A stretch of DNA of 60,592 nucleotides, the filler included, from Catajapyx aquilonaris (Eukaryota): NCBI GenBank assembly GCA_000934665.2. It is 4 parts of 4 records of this genome, joined end to end, with 100 filler letters (N's around TTAATTAATTAA, not from the genome) between each part and the next. Parts side by side here need not be neighbours in the genome. Positions count along the whole stretch, not along the records: positions 30,409 to 45,408 come from JYFJ02007627.1; positions 45,509 to 60,592 come from JYFJ02007628.1; 2 more parts are not named here. One strand, 5' to 3'. This document shows, in pieces, positions 37,583 through 50,050 of the stretch; positions within the stretch are counted from its first letter, which is position 1, and every line of letters begins with the position of its first letter. A program made the translations under genes and the position numbers. The notes below the pieces were generated by a model that did not search any database, was not told the origin of the DNA, and saw only the letters and a list, made by a program, of their open reading frames with translations.

Positions 37583-37944
37583 CAGGGAGCATATACTACA
37601 TAAGAGGCGCAAACTTCTGTCGGCGCCTTTGATGTCCGCGTCTCTCTGTTTGGGGCCGTTGCCAAGGCTGGCGGCCATTTTGAAGTGTGGGAAACGCCAA
37701 CGAGGTATAAATAGGGTACAGGCAAAAATAGGGTCCGCCATCTTTGATGGTTTTGGCGGCCATGGCAACTACACGGCAAGAACACGCGCGAATCAAAGAT
37801 GGCGGACCCTATTTTTGCCTGTACCCTATTTATACCTCGTTGGCGTTGCCCACACTTCAAAATGGCCGCCAGCCTTGGCAACGGCCCAAACAGAGAGACG
37901 CGGAAATCGAATGTTTGCGCCTCTTATGTAGTATATGCTCCCTG
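37583..37944. mobile_element. Fold-back MITE with CAGGGAGC ends, ~160-bp arms and 7-bp TSD
   Basis: CTACGGA|CAGGGAGCATATACTACATAAGAGGCGC...GCGCCTCTTATGTAGTATATGCTCCCTG|CTACGGA. Confidence 0.9.
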
Positions 37945-40900
37945 CTACGGATGTGAATTTGGCCCTTGCGGAGTAACTCTGGCAACAGTGTTGTCAGCTG
38001 CGCCAGTGTGGGTGCGCATTCGGTTGCGCTCGTAAAGGGTAATTTACACAACTACAGGACAACTTTTTCTAAGTGAAAAAATAGGCTAAATCCAGGTGGT
38101 TCCAATAATGTGATGCCTTAGTGACAGTCCCCCCCCNCCCCCCCCCCCCCCCACACACACAAAATTTTTGTGTGCCCTTGCATAACATAGCGGAGCAGAC
38201 AGCTCGGTGACATGAAGGTGATGCAATATTAATGCTCCATGAATCGTGGATGGGACCGATTGAAACCTAATTTGTCGTCGCGGATCTGGGCCCCCCCACC
38301 TCACATCAGCCCCCAGTTCCGCCCCAGGAATGATTTGCCCCCACCTGACTCTCCGCCTCGGTGGTCACCACCCACTAAAAAAGAGGAGGGCCGGGGGACA
38401 ACCAGAACACGCAACCAGGCGCAAAGAACAAGTCAACGTCTGGCAGAGGAAAGATCTCTTTTCGGTCCAACCCCTCGACAAATGTTCCCCGTAAATAAAA
38501 CAAAACTCGGAAGTGAATTATGCAAAACGGGAGGCCGTCTGAATTATTCAGGATCCGCTTCCCTGCTTTCGTGATCGCCTTTGATTGGCAGACCGGATTC
38601 AATTTATCCGGAGAAAATCGGGGGAAGGAAGTTATGTCCCCCTACCCCCGCCTCCCCCCCCCCCCACACACTGGACAGGAATCTTTAATTAGGAGCATGT
38701 ACGTAGATATGAGTATTTAAATAATATAAGTCGTGGGAGTTAGAACAGATGATTTTAATTCGGACGACGAACCAAGTCGGTTCTTGACATTTTCGTAAAG
38801 AGAGCAAACTAGAGGAGAGGGAAGAAAAATGAAATGCCGCTCATCAAATGTTAACAAGAATGCTTGAAATGAGTTAATATTTAAGCAAAAAGTACAGTGC
38901 ACTGCACAGCTACCAGCTCGCTTTGTGAGACACATCTCTGGCACACTTTTCACTTATTCAGGCGCGAACTATGACTTACTCATGATCGGGCCCCTCGTAA
39001 TAGTGGCAGCCAGCAAATTAGCTAAGCACGGGGTTTTTTTTTTTTTAAAAAAAGAGGTTACTATATGTACTGACAATAAATCGTGTAGCAAATGTATTCC
39101 GAGTCGCGTCAACTTCCGCGAACAGACAGGGGCGGAGGTATAGAAGAGTGAAAAAAAAGGAGGAAGAGACTGCAGTGTGTGTGTGTGTGTAGGTTAATGG
39201 GGTTAGGGCTCTCGGGGCTCTTCTTTCTCAATGGAGCAGTTCGTCTTGGTGACCCCACCTGACCTCGCCCCGACCGGTCCCAACTAGAAAGGGGGGCTTC
39301 TCTTTATTTATCGCCCGCCTCCACTCTCACTCCTGCTTTTTTTCTCGCTCAGAAGGTGAAGAATAAGGCACAAATGAAGACACAACGCAGAATTTGCTAT
39401 GACGCAGGTTCTGACCGGAAAAATGATCCGGATTTTCAATGGCCCAGCATTTCTGATCTAAATTTGGCCGGAAGCTCGTAGGTGTATGCTTTTACAGGTC
39501 GTGCCGCGAATGAAGGTGATATACTGTACACCAACCCGGGCGCTAAGATTTCATGTTGCCATGACAATGACCTCTTATACACTGCTAAGTATAGCAGAGC
39601 AGCAAGTGCAAGAGCACGGATCTTGTTTGCTTCAATTCCTAAGACACTCTGCGGTGGTCGAAGATGGTCGACTGACTCTAATCCTATCCGAATCCCATCA
39701 AGTTCAAGAGAGTCGCCCACGACGCATATCTTGGCGAATAAAAGGACACGCTGAGTACAGAAACGACATGTCGTTTCAAATGTCAACGACGCAATAACCT
39801 CTCCTCCCACAGGAAATGTACGTGTTAACAGAGCTGCTATGGCTATATGTACGACATATAACTTATCATTTTAATAAATTCCACATTTAATATTAGTCGA
39901 ATATATCAATATATTGCCAGTGGTTCCACAGTGAGAAAGTTCAAGTTTGACACATTTTTGTTAATAAATGCTTCGACAGTAAATCGGTTATTTTCCTTTG
40001 GACAAGCCTATATACGTAGGTTTCATACGTACACTTACTCTACTGACTAGGTTTAAAAACTAATAAACTTCATACCAAGGGCTACTTGTTGCAATTAATA
40101 GAAAAACCACCACGTTGTAGACCTTTCAGTGCGGAAGTGCGTGCCAATTCACAATGCACTCCTCATGAATCGAGATCTACGTATCGTACTGTAAGTGTCT
40201 TCATCTCTATACAAGCAGAGACAGAAAACAGCACTTTCAACGGGTCAACCCTGAACGAACAGGAAGGCATCCCCGTTCATCTGGAGGCGAAACCAACTTG
40301 CCTCCTGACACCATCACCTACACAGGCAAGTCGCAAGTAACTTCATCACATTACACTGTAAAGCCCCAGCAATATAAATTACAGGAAAATCATCTGAGAA
40401 CACAGACAGTTATTTTTAAAAATGGTATAACCTGTGTTATTACGCAAGTGTCTTGAGGTGCAAAAAAATAATTAAAGCCAATAATTCTCGTTATCAAATG
40501 CTGGTTGTTTAGCTGAGGGTATTGCATTTGTGCCATGAGATACTCTACAATAATGCACAAATGGGGCGAAAGCGTGTAAACAATCCCCAGCATCACCGTC
40601 TAGTCAGAACGTGTTTTCCACAGCAAGAAAGTGATTAAGTGCACGTTGATGTCCAACCCCCCTGAAGACAGGTGCATGACTAAAGCCACCCGCCTGCATC
40701 ACATAATCACCCCCCAGCGCCTAAAATCACCCTCCACAATTAAATTCCATTCAAGGCGCCAATCACGGTCTCAAAAGGGACCTAGCCAGTCAAATTGAGA
40801 CAAAGGCCTAAATCAACCGGACTGTGGGCCTCATGCAGAGAAAGAGAGAAGAAAGATCGAAAGTGAAACCTAATGCTCTTAAATAGGCCGATATCAGCAG

Positions 40901-42944
40901 CATCCCCTTCTGGTGCTAATTTTCAGCAAATTTTTTTTATATCGCATATTAAAAGTGTACAGGTTAGTCCGGTTTTGGGGCCCAGGAAGGCCATCATAGG
41001 CACAACAATCCAGCATAAAAATGAACTCCTTTTCATCTGAAAATAATTTCCACGCGATTATTCCAGAGGATATTGCCAGAAGGTGAGTTTTCTTGCGGAA
41101 ATGGCGCCCTCGGCCCAGGAAAAAGAAAGATGATGAACCAGGGGGTCAGGTGAGGGGGGGAAATTGTCAGGGTGGGTGGGTGGGTGGGTGGGAGTGTTTT
41201 TACCTATATATCCCTGCTTGGCAACGAGTTCGATCTCTCCTTGTAGGTGTGATCTAGAAGACCTTGAAGGTCCCTTTTTTTTCCAGTTCCTTTTCCTAAA
41301 ACAAACAGTCAACACGATCCCACACCCACCCCCAGCAGCTCCAAAGCGGAAGACGACACAAAGAAATCGGCAAAAATAATTTCGCAAGAAAGGGAGGCTT
41401 TGGATGGAGATTTATAAGTAGCCAGCAGAAAAAAACAGATTTAAGCCTTATGGTGTGGGTATTACAAACAATATCCGGTAAAATTACGCCTTTGTCACTC
41501 ATTTATAAATATACGTATTAAAATTATCTGCATGTATTTTTTGAAAAAAGAAGGTCATCGGGTGTATATGCATCAGAGAGAACTTTGGATTTGTTGAACC
41601 CAGCAACCAACCTCGATGAACAGTCTCGATGTAGCTGAAACTTTACAATCGCATTTCCCTATTATACCGGTTTTTCAAAAAAATGCCATTACACCGATAT
41701 CTGTGACCTTTTCCGATTAAAAGTATCCTGTCGCTGTCGTCCTTACACTTCTGTAATGCATAATTGTTTCCTTGGCCTCTGTCATCAATGAGGTATGGTC
41801 AAGAGGAAAAAGCAACACAACTTATTCAGATGTAGGGAAATGTCCGGGCAGAAAGATTTGCAACACTGCTATGAATCAGATTTCATGTGAGTCAGCACCA
41901 GAAGCACTGGAAGCAACAATCATAATTATATCCGTATTCAGATGGGCGATTGTTGCCACATGTATGAACAGGTTGCTGGAGTGAACAACTGTTGGCTGGG
42001 GCTTTGTAACAGCACCATGTGTGTATTGAGATATTTTGTGTCAGATAGGAATCGAGGTGCGGAATCTGGTCTCCCTCCTTTTTGCCAACCTGCAGAATGA
42101 ACATGTTCAAGCAGTTGGTCTCAATGGGTGGCCGTGACAGTGCCCGACATTAATGGTCAGTTTGTTAAATTTAAGGAGTGCAGTTGGCTTACTTGGAATC
42201 GTGACAATGTCACTGGGTTTAGTGATAATATCGCGAATGAAATGAAGAGGCGAAAATTAAAACTTAGGCTGAAAAATTAAAATGTGTATTCTCACATACG
42301 TACGTTCTCGGTTTTTTAGACAACCCGCTGCTGCCGATCCTTTATGCTATAAGAAAGTCCGGCTAAATATACGATAATAAAACCGAATCGCTGATAAAGG
42401 TGGAAAAGGGAAATTGAATGACGGAAATTACTCAAAAAGTGGGTCTCGGTATAGGAAATGAACTTTTTGTCTTCAATGCCACGGGAGATTGGAGTAGGCA
42501 CACCCATTCTCAGAATCACGAATATTTCCATAATTTCACAAGGCGATTCCACGTACACATATTACTTATAGAGTTCTTGGTTTTTTTTTCATTGTTGAAA
42601 CAGCCCGCAATTCTTGAAGGTCGAAATTTCTTTCAATTGGCTCAAATGCTCCAATTTAAAAGTATGTTGTATACATTCAAATTCAGATATACTGTCACAG
42701 ACCTATACATATACTGGGAGATTTTTCCACATACACTCTGTATTATTCTTAGTTGTTTTTGATTTGAAATGGCCCGCAATTCTGATAAAATCTCTGCCCT
42801 TTTTCCACTGTACATAATAATGGGAATTTTTCCATTATTGGCCTTTAAGTCGATTTGAGTAGGCCCTAATCATGTTAATTAACTTAAAAATTATTGGAAA
42901 TTACATCGAGTCACTTAATATTTACTCAAAATGAATGGGTACTA

Positions 42945-43095
42945 CAGGGTGACTCTAAAGTCTGGATATATAGGTAATTGGATTGTTTTGTTGGTTTCCA
43001 GTTGTGCCAACTAGCAGATTATTCAGTGTCAGTAAAGGATGAGTGGGCATAATTGGCAAAACTGATATATGTATCCAGACTTTAGAGTCACTATG
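42945..43095. mobile_element. Tc1/mariner-type MITE
   Basis: TA|CAGGGTGACTCTAAAGTCTGGATA...TATCCAGACTTTAGAGTCACTATG|TA. Confidence 0.85.
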
Positions 43096-44315
43096 TATTT
43101 CAGGTGCAGGAATAAGAGTTAAAGGAAAAATTGATATTTACTGCAATTTACTATGGGACATGTGACTGCCTGAAAGCCAAGCAGTATCCAACATCCTTCG
43201 CAAAAATGTGGAGGAAGCAGACGTCAATGGTGCGAAAAAGACAACTTTTGCATCGGAAAAAATAGGGGAAAGGGCTAAAAAACCCAATCCACCTTGGCCC
43301 TCCACTTGGTCAAGCGAAAGGAAGACCCGTTGACCGAAATTGTGTGTGTGTGCGTGTGTGTGTATGTGAATGTGAGTGCACATCTATACCTGCCAGTTGA
43401 TGAGGGGGGGAGGGGGAGGGGAAGGCATCACCACCCACTCAACCACCTCTTTTTGGACCCCTCTCTTCTTCTTCTTCTTCTTCTTCTCCCATAGCTCACA
43501 GATCCACAGACACGCGAAGGGGCAGCCCCAGGGCTGAAGACGAGCCCTTCGTAACGGTACACTTATCGCCTTCTCAAGGCCTTCCACATATCGGCGGGGT
43601 ATGTGCCTTCCAACAAGTGGGATTACGGGATTAACGAGTGAATCTCTAGGCCGCGAGCCGGGCTTTGCGGGTGGTAATGTGACGAGATAGGCTGCTTCTA
43701 CAGTATATACCTATACCTACCCACATTCTCTTCCCCAGCACCTCACGTGCACACATCCTTCCCAACCAGGATGTTTAATTGCTACCTAAATCACCGGAGG
43801 TCAAATTTCCTATAATTCTTACCCATACTTAAAGGCGGTCGTTACTTTCGGTAGGTGGACTTAGATGGATCTGGGCCCAACCATTACGTGTACTATTGTG
43901 TTTTCTTGCACCATCATTAGGAAAGTAATGGGGGTGCAATTACCAGCAATATGCACTCTTATTTTTATCCGTCTGCCGGTATATCTGCAGCGTGAAGAGT
44001 ACATAGAAATTACAGTGCAAGAGGGCCCGTGACCAGAAATACACATTGTGTCAAAACAAGTGGGGCATACTGTAACTGTCCAGAATAAACACAACAGTGT
44101 CCTTCACGAAACGTGAATGCTGGGATAGGCATCTGCAGACTCGAGGTCTTGATATGACAACAACGGTCGGTCTATAGCACAATATTGCTCTCTCATAATT
44201 TCCCCCTGCATCTAGACAGAGTATAGGTTATTACAATATAATGTAGTTGTTCAAAAGGTATATCTCAAATGAGAAGACAAAATCAAGTGAATAGTCACGC
44301 TTGACAGATCTCGAG

Positions 44316-44347
<32 letters not shown>

Positions 44348-45408
44348 TTTTAAATTATGAAACCTCTTTCGAGGGCTTTACCCTTTTGGGGGACAATCTC
44401 GAGATAATTATGAAATATGCACCTGCCTTTATGGACTGCTTCATAAATGATCAGAAGATTTGTTTGGTCTCGAGATTTTGGCTTATAATTTTAATACGCC
44501 TGTCCATTGCAGCAGCGGGTACATGTTCGGTACTGATTTTTTTCGATTCAAATCCAATTAATACACTTTAATAAATATTGCTAAAAATCTGGTCTTAGAG
44601 GTGCTGAAGGGCACAGAGCATGAGCATAGCAAAGCAGCATTTGGCCTATTGAAAATGTAATTTGATTTCGTGGCAGTTTCCCCCTGTTGCATAAACCCTT
44701 CAGCCGATGTTTCTAGATGTTTGAAATGAATGCCGCGCATTTTACTAAAAGCACTCCCTTTGAGTAACCGGAAGTGTATAACTCTATTATTCCCGGAAAG
44801 CAGCGCTAAAATTCATTTAGACAGCCATATATCGGGACCTAATTACTGCCTTCAAGTACAGCACCTGTTTTCCACATCCCAGAACGTGACAAACATGTGC
44901 ACAATCCCTAAGGTCGCAGTGGTTTCCAACCTTTTATCAACTACGACGCCCTAAACATGTTTTCATAAATGTGCGACCCCCTCGTGTCAAGTATGGTACC
45001 ATTTTTAATGCCAAATCTTAGCGCGTTTTTCGAGATTAACATTTCGAGATAAAAAATTAAGCTCCCTACGAAATACGTTGCCATATTTTTACTCCTGCGC
45101 CCTTTTATTAATCCCTGCACATCCAGCCAGAACTTCATCAATGTCTACATCTTGAAAATCTGATATGTCCGAAATATTTCTCGAAACCCTCCTTTAGTAC
45201 GAGGGCTGATCAAAAAAGACTGAGACTTATTTTTTAATAAATATTGCTTCGAATCTTCACTTTTGAAATTGATATATTTGAAAACGGCGGGCTTTGTTTA
45301 ATGATTTGTTTAATGGCATCACTGTATGAGCATTCGTCTGGCTACACTGCTCGTTGCAAAGATGGCTGCTTCAATTTCGCCTCGCACTGATGAAATGGAA
45401 GTGACACG

Positions 45409-45508
45409 NNNNNNNNNNNNNNNNNNNNNNNNNNNNNNNNNNNNNNNNNNNNTTAATTAATTAANNNNNNNNNNNNNNNNNNNNNNNNNNNNNNNNNNNN
45501 NNNNNNNN
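45409..45508. other. Artificial 100-nt N spacer
   Basis: N-run with TTAATTAATTAA core. Confidence 0.95.
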
Positions 45509-45664
45509 GGCTGTGAGAAATTTGAGCGCTCTCCGTACCCGGGAAGTGGCTTAATTAGGCGTGATAAATAAATGTACAAATTTTGAGCTTTATATATATG
45601 GGGATGTTGCAATGTTACAGCTATGCAAAAAAAATTATAATGCAAGTAATTTGATTGATGGGCT

Positions 45665-46673
45665 TTGAAAAAACACCGCACTTCCAGGCAAGATGCCCCG
45701 TGTCCAGGTTCTGCACCCAAGGCCAGACGTGGTGGTGCAACAGGGCATGGTCCAGTGCAGCAGCCTCGAGGAGCACCTGGAGGACGCGGTACAAAGCAGC
45801 AGCCTCAAGGAGCACCTGGATGGAAATGGACAAAAACCACCCACTTCATAAACCAAAATGAACAAATTCCATTTACTGGTGGCAATAGGGCCATCAAAAA
45901 CAGTGACTATGGAGAGTTGACACCACTCGAACTTTTTCATAAGTTCTTCGATGACAAAGTAATAATGACTCGGCTGGTTGAGCAGACAAACTTGTATGCA
46001 ACGCAAGAAGGTCTGGATGGGAAGAAAAGAAAAAATATGAAGAACTGGGAGCCCGTTACAGTTCCGGAATTTCATGGATTCCTGGGGCTCTGTCTGGCAA
46101 TGGCAATTGAAGGAAAGTCACATGTGTCGGACTGTTGGAGTACAGACCCAATGACCCGCTGTGACTGGTATCGAAATGTCATGAGCCGCAACCGATTTAT
46201 GGACATTCTGTCTGTGCTCCATGTTAATGACAACCATCTGATGCAAAACCCCGAGCCCGACAGACTTTACAAAGTCAGGCCACTCATTGATGCCATCTCC
46301 AAGGTGCTACCCCTGATGTTCTCACCGGGACAGCAACTAAGTCTCGATGAACAAATGGTCGGGACTAAGAGCCGCATGAAAATTAGGCAGTATATGCCAG
46401 CAAAGCCCAAGAAGTTTGGGATCAAGATTTGGGTGCTGGCAGATGCTGTCACAGGTTACGCGCTCAAGTTTCAGGTAACTATAATAGCTATTTTCACGAC
46501 TTACCTTTTGTTCTCTGCGCAATATTTTGTTCCAGGTCTACACCGGGAAGGATCCTTCCGGAAAACCAGAGCATGGTTTGGCATACAGGGTCGCCATGGA
46601 GTTGATGGAAGAGTATGTAAACAAAGGACACCAACTCTTTGTCGACAACTTCTACTCATTAGTTATTAGTTAA
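45665..46673 (+). pseudogene. piggyBac-family transposase, spliced (intron 46475-46535), 3'-truncated
   Basis: TPLELFHKFF, VEQTNLYA, MSRNRF, DRLYKVRPL, LSLDEQMV, RQYMPAKPKKFGIKIW. After the 61-nt GT-AG intron: VYTGK...GHQLFVDNFYS, then a stop at 46671-46673. Confidence 0.9.
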
Positions 46674-46699
46674 TACTCGTGAATGTCGCAGATTTTCTT

Positions 46700-46700
46700 T

Positions 46701-46735
<35 letters not shown>

Positions 46736-46770
46736 ATTAATATTATTATCAATATTAATATTATTATCAA

Positions 46771-46801
<31 letters not shown>

Positions 46802-46816
46802 ATTATAATTATTATA

Positions 46817-46858
<42 letters not shown>

Positions 46859-46866
46859 GATGATGA
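46700..46866. repeat. Compound (GTT)n/(ATT)n microsatellite
   Basis: Direct observation. Confidence 0.95.
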
Positions 46867-49436
46867 CATTGTTGCACTCATAATACAGTAACATGATTGC
46901 TTATAAAACCGTGTTGTCAAAGAACATCCTCCCACCTATTTCACCTTAGAGATTATTATTTGATGGATGTTCCTAAATGTTCTGTGGCTCTCAGTTCTAC
47001 ATCTTCCAGCAAGAGGGTTATCTTGATTGGAGCAATGGACTTTGACTGTAAAAAATTGACCTACAAAATGGCAAAGCCTCTCCCATTTCCTCTTCCTATG
47101 AAACTGAGCTGTGAATAATGTTGCAAAAGGGATTTTCTTTAATAGTTATAGTTGACTGTGATCTTCACATGATGGGAAACAGTGCATGAAACAGTGAATA
47201 ATTCTTACAGCATGGCACCCCTGTTTTAGGAATACACTGTAATGCATGATATTAGGGTGATTATTACTAGTCCAGCCTGATACTAGATAAGATAATAAAT
47301 CTAAGAGAGTTCAGAGTTGGTATCATACAAGAGTTTTTGCAAGTTACGCATTAGAACCTGTTGGAATACATTCGCTTATTGTGATTGCCGTATTGTACTA
47401 ATTTGCCGTGGTATTTCAAGGTAACATATCTGAGCAGTTTCTATGTTGCTTGCATTTTCCAGCTCTACTTAAGGTATAGAAGCAAGACATTTTGCACAGA
47501 TCATCTTTTTAGATTGCAAAAGCCTGTATATAATTTTGAACTTAAATTCTTGCGGTGTATGGCCTCAAATCGCCTCAAATACTGATTCGGGACCTGGGAC
47601 CGGCGCGGCGACAAGACTGGGACCTGGGACCCGACCGGACCCGACGCATATGTTGCGGTTTTGGAATGTAACCTACTAGTGCGAGAGTGGCTCCGCCACC
47701 CTTCCAGGCAGACGTTTTGTGTAGTAGCTAGTACGGAATAGACAGAGTAGTGGACTGCTGCATTATTTATTATACTCCCCGAGTATCCCCCTACTCCCGT
47801 ATACACAATATTAGTAGAGCTTAATATGAACTGCTTCAACGACAGTTGTTGGCAATATTGACGTCACTAGCGGGAGTTTAAATTGCAAAAAAAAAACTAC
47901 AGCAAAATGCATTGTTTCTTCAACTATTGCAACAGGTAACGAGCTAACTACAGTTTTAAATTGTTGAAGTTATTACCAATTAGCTCTTAATTGTCATTTA
48001 AATTGTTAGAGAACCTCGTTACAGGGTGATTCATACGAAAAATCCAGTACTACTGTAGTCCTTCAATTCTATTTTGCTTAATTACACTGATTAATTTTTA
48101 ATCAGGTGATTACAACAAGCCGCACCCCCTCCCCTTCCAACAACAATGACAAACAATGGGGCAGTTGCCCACAAAATTTATTGTCAGCTGGCTCATGGAT
48201 ACAGCCAGATACAGCACAGAAGGACAATTTTAAATGTTACAATATTTTGAACCGTGTTCTACTTTAGGGCTTGGATAAAAGTATTCCCATCAGGAATAAT
48301 TGTGGTGTGAAGTCAACGACGTCGGCGACGCCTGCGACTCCTGCTGGACTTCTTTTTGCGACGGTCGTACTGGCTCTTTTGGGCGTCGGTCATCTGACGC
48401 CAAATCTCGCCGGCCATGCGCCCATATTCGCTCACCTCGCTATCGGGAAACTCCGACAGAAGACACTGGATGTTCAAGAATTAAACGCAATTTTAAAATA
48501 ATTATATGAGCCGGATTCGTACGCTAAAGGTCTTACCGGATAAATTTTCATGTAAAAGGAGATGTATGGGGTCCTGGCCCGTCGGTTTTTCGCCGAATGG
48601 AAAGACTGTATCTTGCCTAGAACAATACCGATAATTTCATGTGACATGACACTGCAATGGGTTTTTTTTTGGGGGGGGGGGGGAGGGACTTAAAAGTGTA
48701 TTACTCACCCATTTTTAAGAGCACTAAAATTTGAGCGTCCAATTCGACTGAGGGGCTAAGAATGTTTACATCTGTTGCTGCGGACAACAGGTCCTTTTTT
48801 CGTACCGGTACAACAAAGTGTGTTTATTATATGGGCAACACCAAGGTTACCAATAACACAGAGCAACAAAAAAAAAAAAATCGGCGTGTTACTCGGAAAC
48901 CACTATCCACATCATGTTAGTAGGACCCAAAGTAGCTGGGAAACGCCCGGGATTTCTCTCCCAAAATGTGCAGTGGGTCAGGGTGACCAAAAATCCGAAA
49001 AATTCACAATATTGACGTTTTTTGGCCAATTTCCAGGTCTGGCAACCACTGTAAGTTTCGGATTTTGTTTTTGCTGGCATTAGGTGTTACCTGGGTCTAG
49101 TCTGAAGCCACTATGGTGTTTAAAGTCAATCTTTTATAGAAATTGTAGGTTTTCCAAGGTCCTTTTTATGGAAAGAACTATTGCGTTTTTTGCTACTTTT
49201 TCGTCAATTTTTGGGGAACAGTGTATGGACTTTTTTTAAAAAAAGTGTAGCGTAATGGGCTCTTTAGAGACCCTACAATCAAGGAATAATAGTAGAACTT
49301 TCCTATTCAACCCTAAGTACGCGTGTGCAAAAGCCTAATCTTGGGTAAAATCGCGCTTTTTTCGAATTTTTGGTGATTTGACTTTTTTCAACATTTAAAA
49401 CCAAATAATCCTCGGCTTTAAAATAAATGAATTCTT

Positions 49437-49608
49437 CTTAGTCTAACAAACTGTCAGGGACCCCCATAGTATGGAAAAAGACTACGATTTCCATAAGCAA
49501 CCCATGTACGCGTGTATTTTTTTTGTACGCGTATGCGTACATGGGTTGCTTATGGATATCGTAGTCTTTTTCCATACTATGGGGGTCCCTGACAGTTTGT
49601 TAGACTAA
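49437..49608. repeat. Long hairpin with ~75-bp arms
   Basis: cttagtctaacaaactgtcagggacccccatag... and its reverse complement. Confidence 0.9.
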
Positions 49609-49733
49609 GGGCCGGTTTCACCGAGCTCAGTATATGATAAAACCAGGGTATTTCTCAAAATCCCTATCTATTTGTATGGATTTTCCTAAAGAAACCTGGT
49701 TTTATCATATACAAAGCTCGGTGAAACCGGCCC
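49609..49733. mobile_element. PIF/Harbinger-type MITE
   Basis: TAA|GGGCCGGTTTCACCGAGCT...AGCTCGGTGAAACCGGCCC|TAA. Confidence 0.88.
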
Positions 49734-49749
49734 TAAGAAGTACCTTTTA

Positions 49750-50050
49750 CCTGCATACCACCATCAGTTTTCTGTACATTTTTCTCTTCAACCACCAGTG
49801 CAAGGAGACAAGGACATCCAATGGGAAAGGAAGGGGATTTTTGGGGAGGGAACATGTGTGCAAGGTGCAGTGTCCTTTGCTATTGGGCCATGTGCAGTCC
49901 CCCAGGAGGTTAGGTTGCCAGACACCTCCTTGGTGCAGGTCAGAGACCCTCCTGACGCACGTGAAAGGAAAGTTCCCCAGGCGGGGATCGAACCTGGGGC
50001 CTTTCACTCAGCAAGCCGAGACGTTACCATCTCGGCCACCACACCTCCCC
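49750..50050 (-). mobile_element. tRNA-derived SINE (additional family)
   Basis: Minus head with A-box TGGCCGAGATGG and B-box GGTTCGATCCCC; body shares gtgcaaggtgcagtg with family B; 3' end approximate. Confidence 0.7.

Noticed and set aside
37505..38051. Cluster of mirror-image ORFs on both strands
   Set aside because: Artefact of the palindromic MITE.
46475..46669. C-terminal 64 aa of the 334-aa track ORF as real protein
   Set aside because: Results from reading through the intron into the wrong frame.
46666..46935. Poly-Ile/Asn/Val ORFs (also 11903-12097 and 26769-26966)
   Set aside because: Translations of microsatellites.
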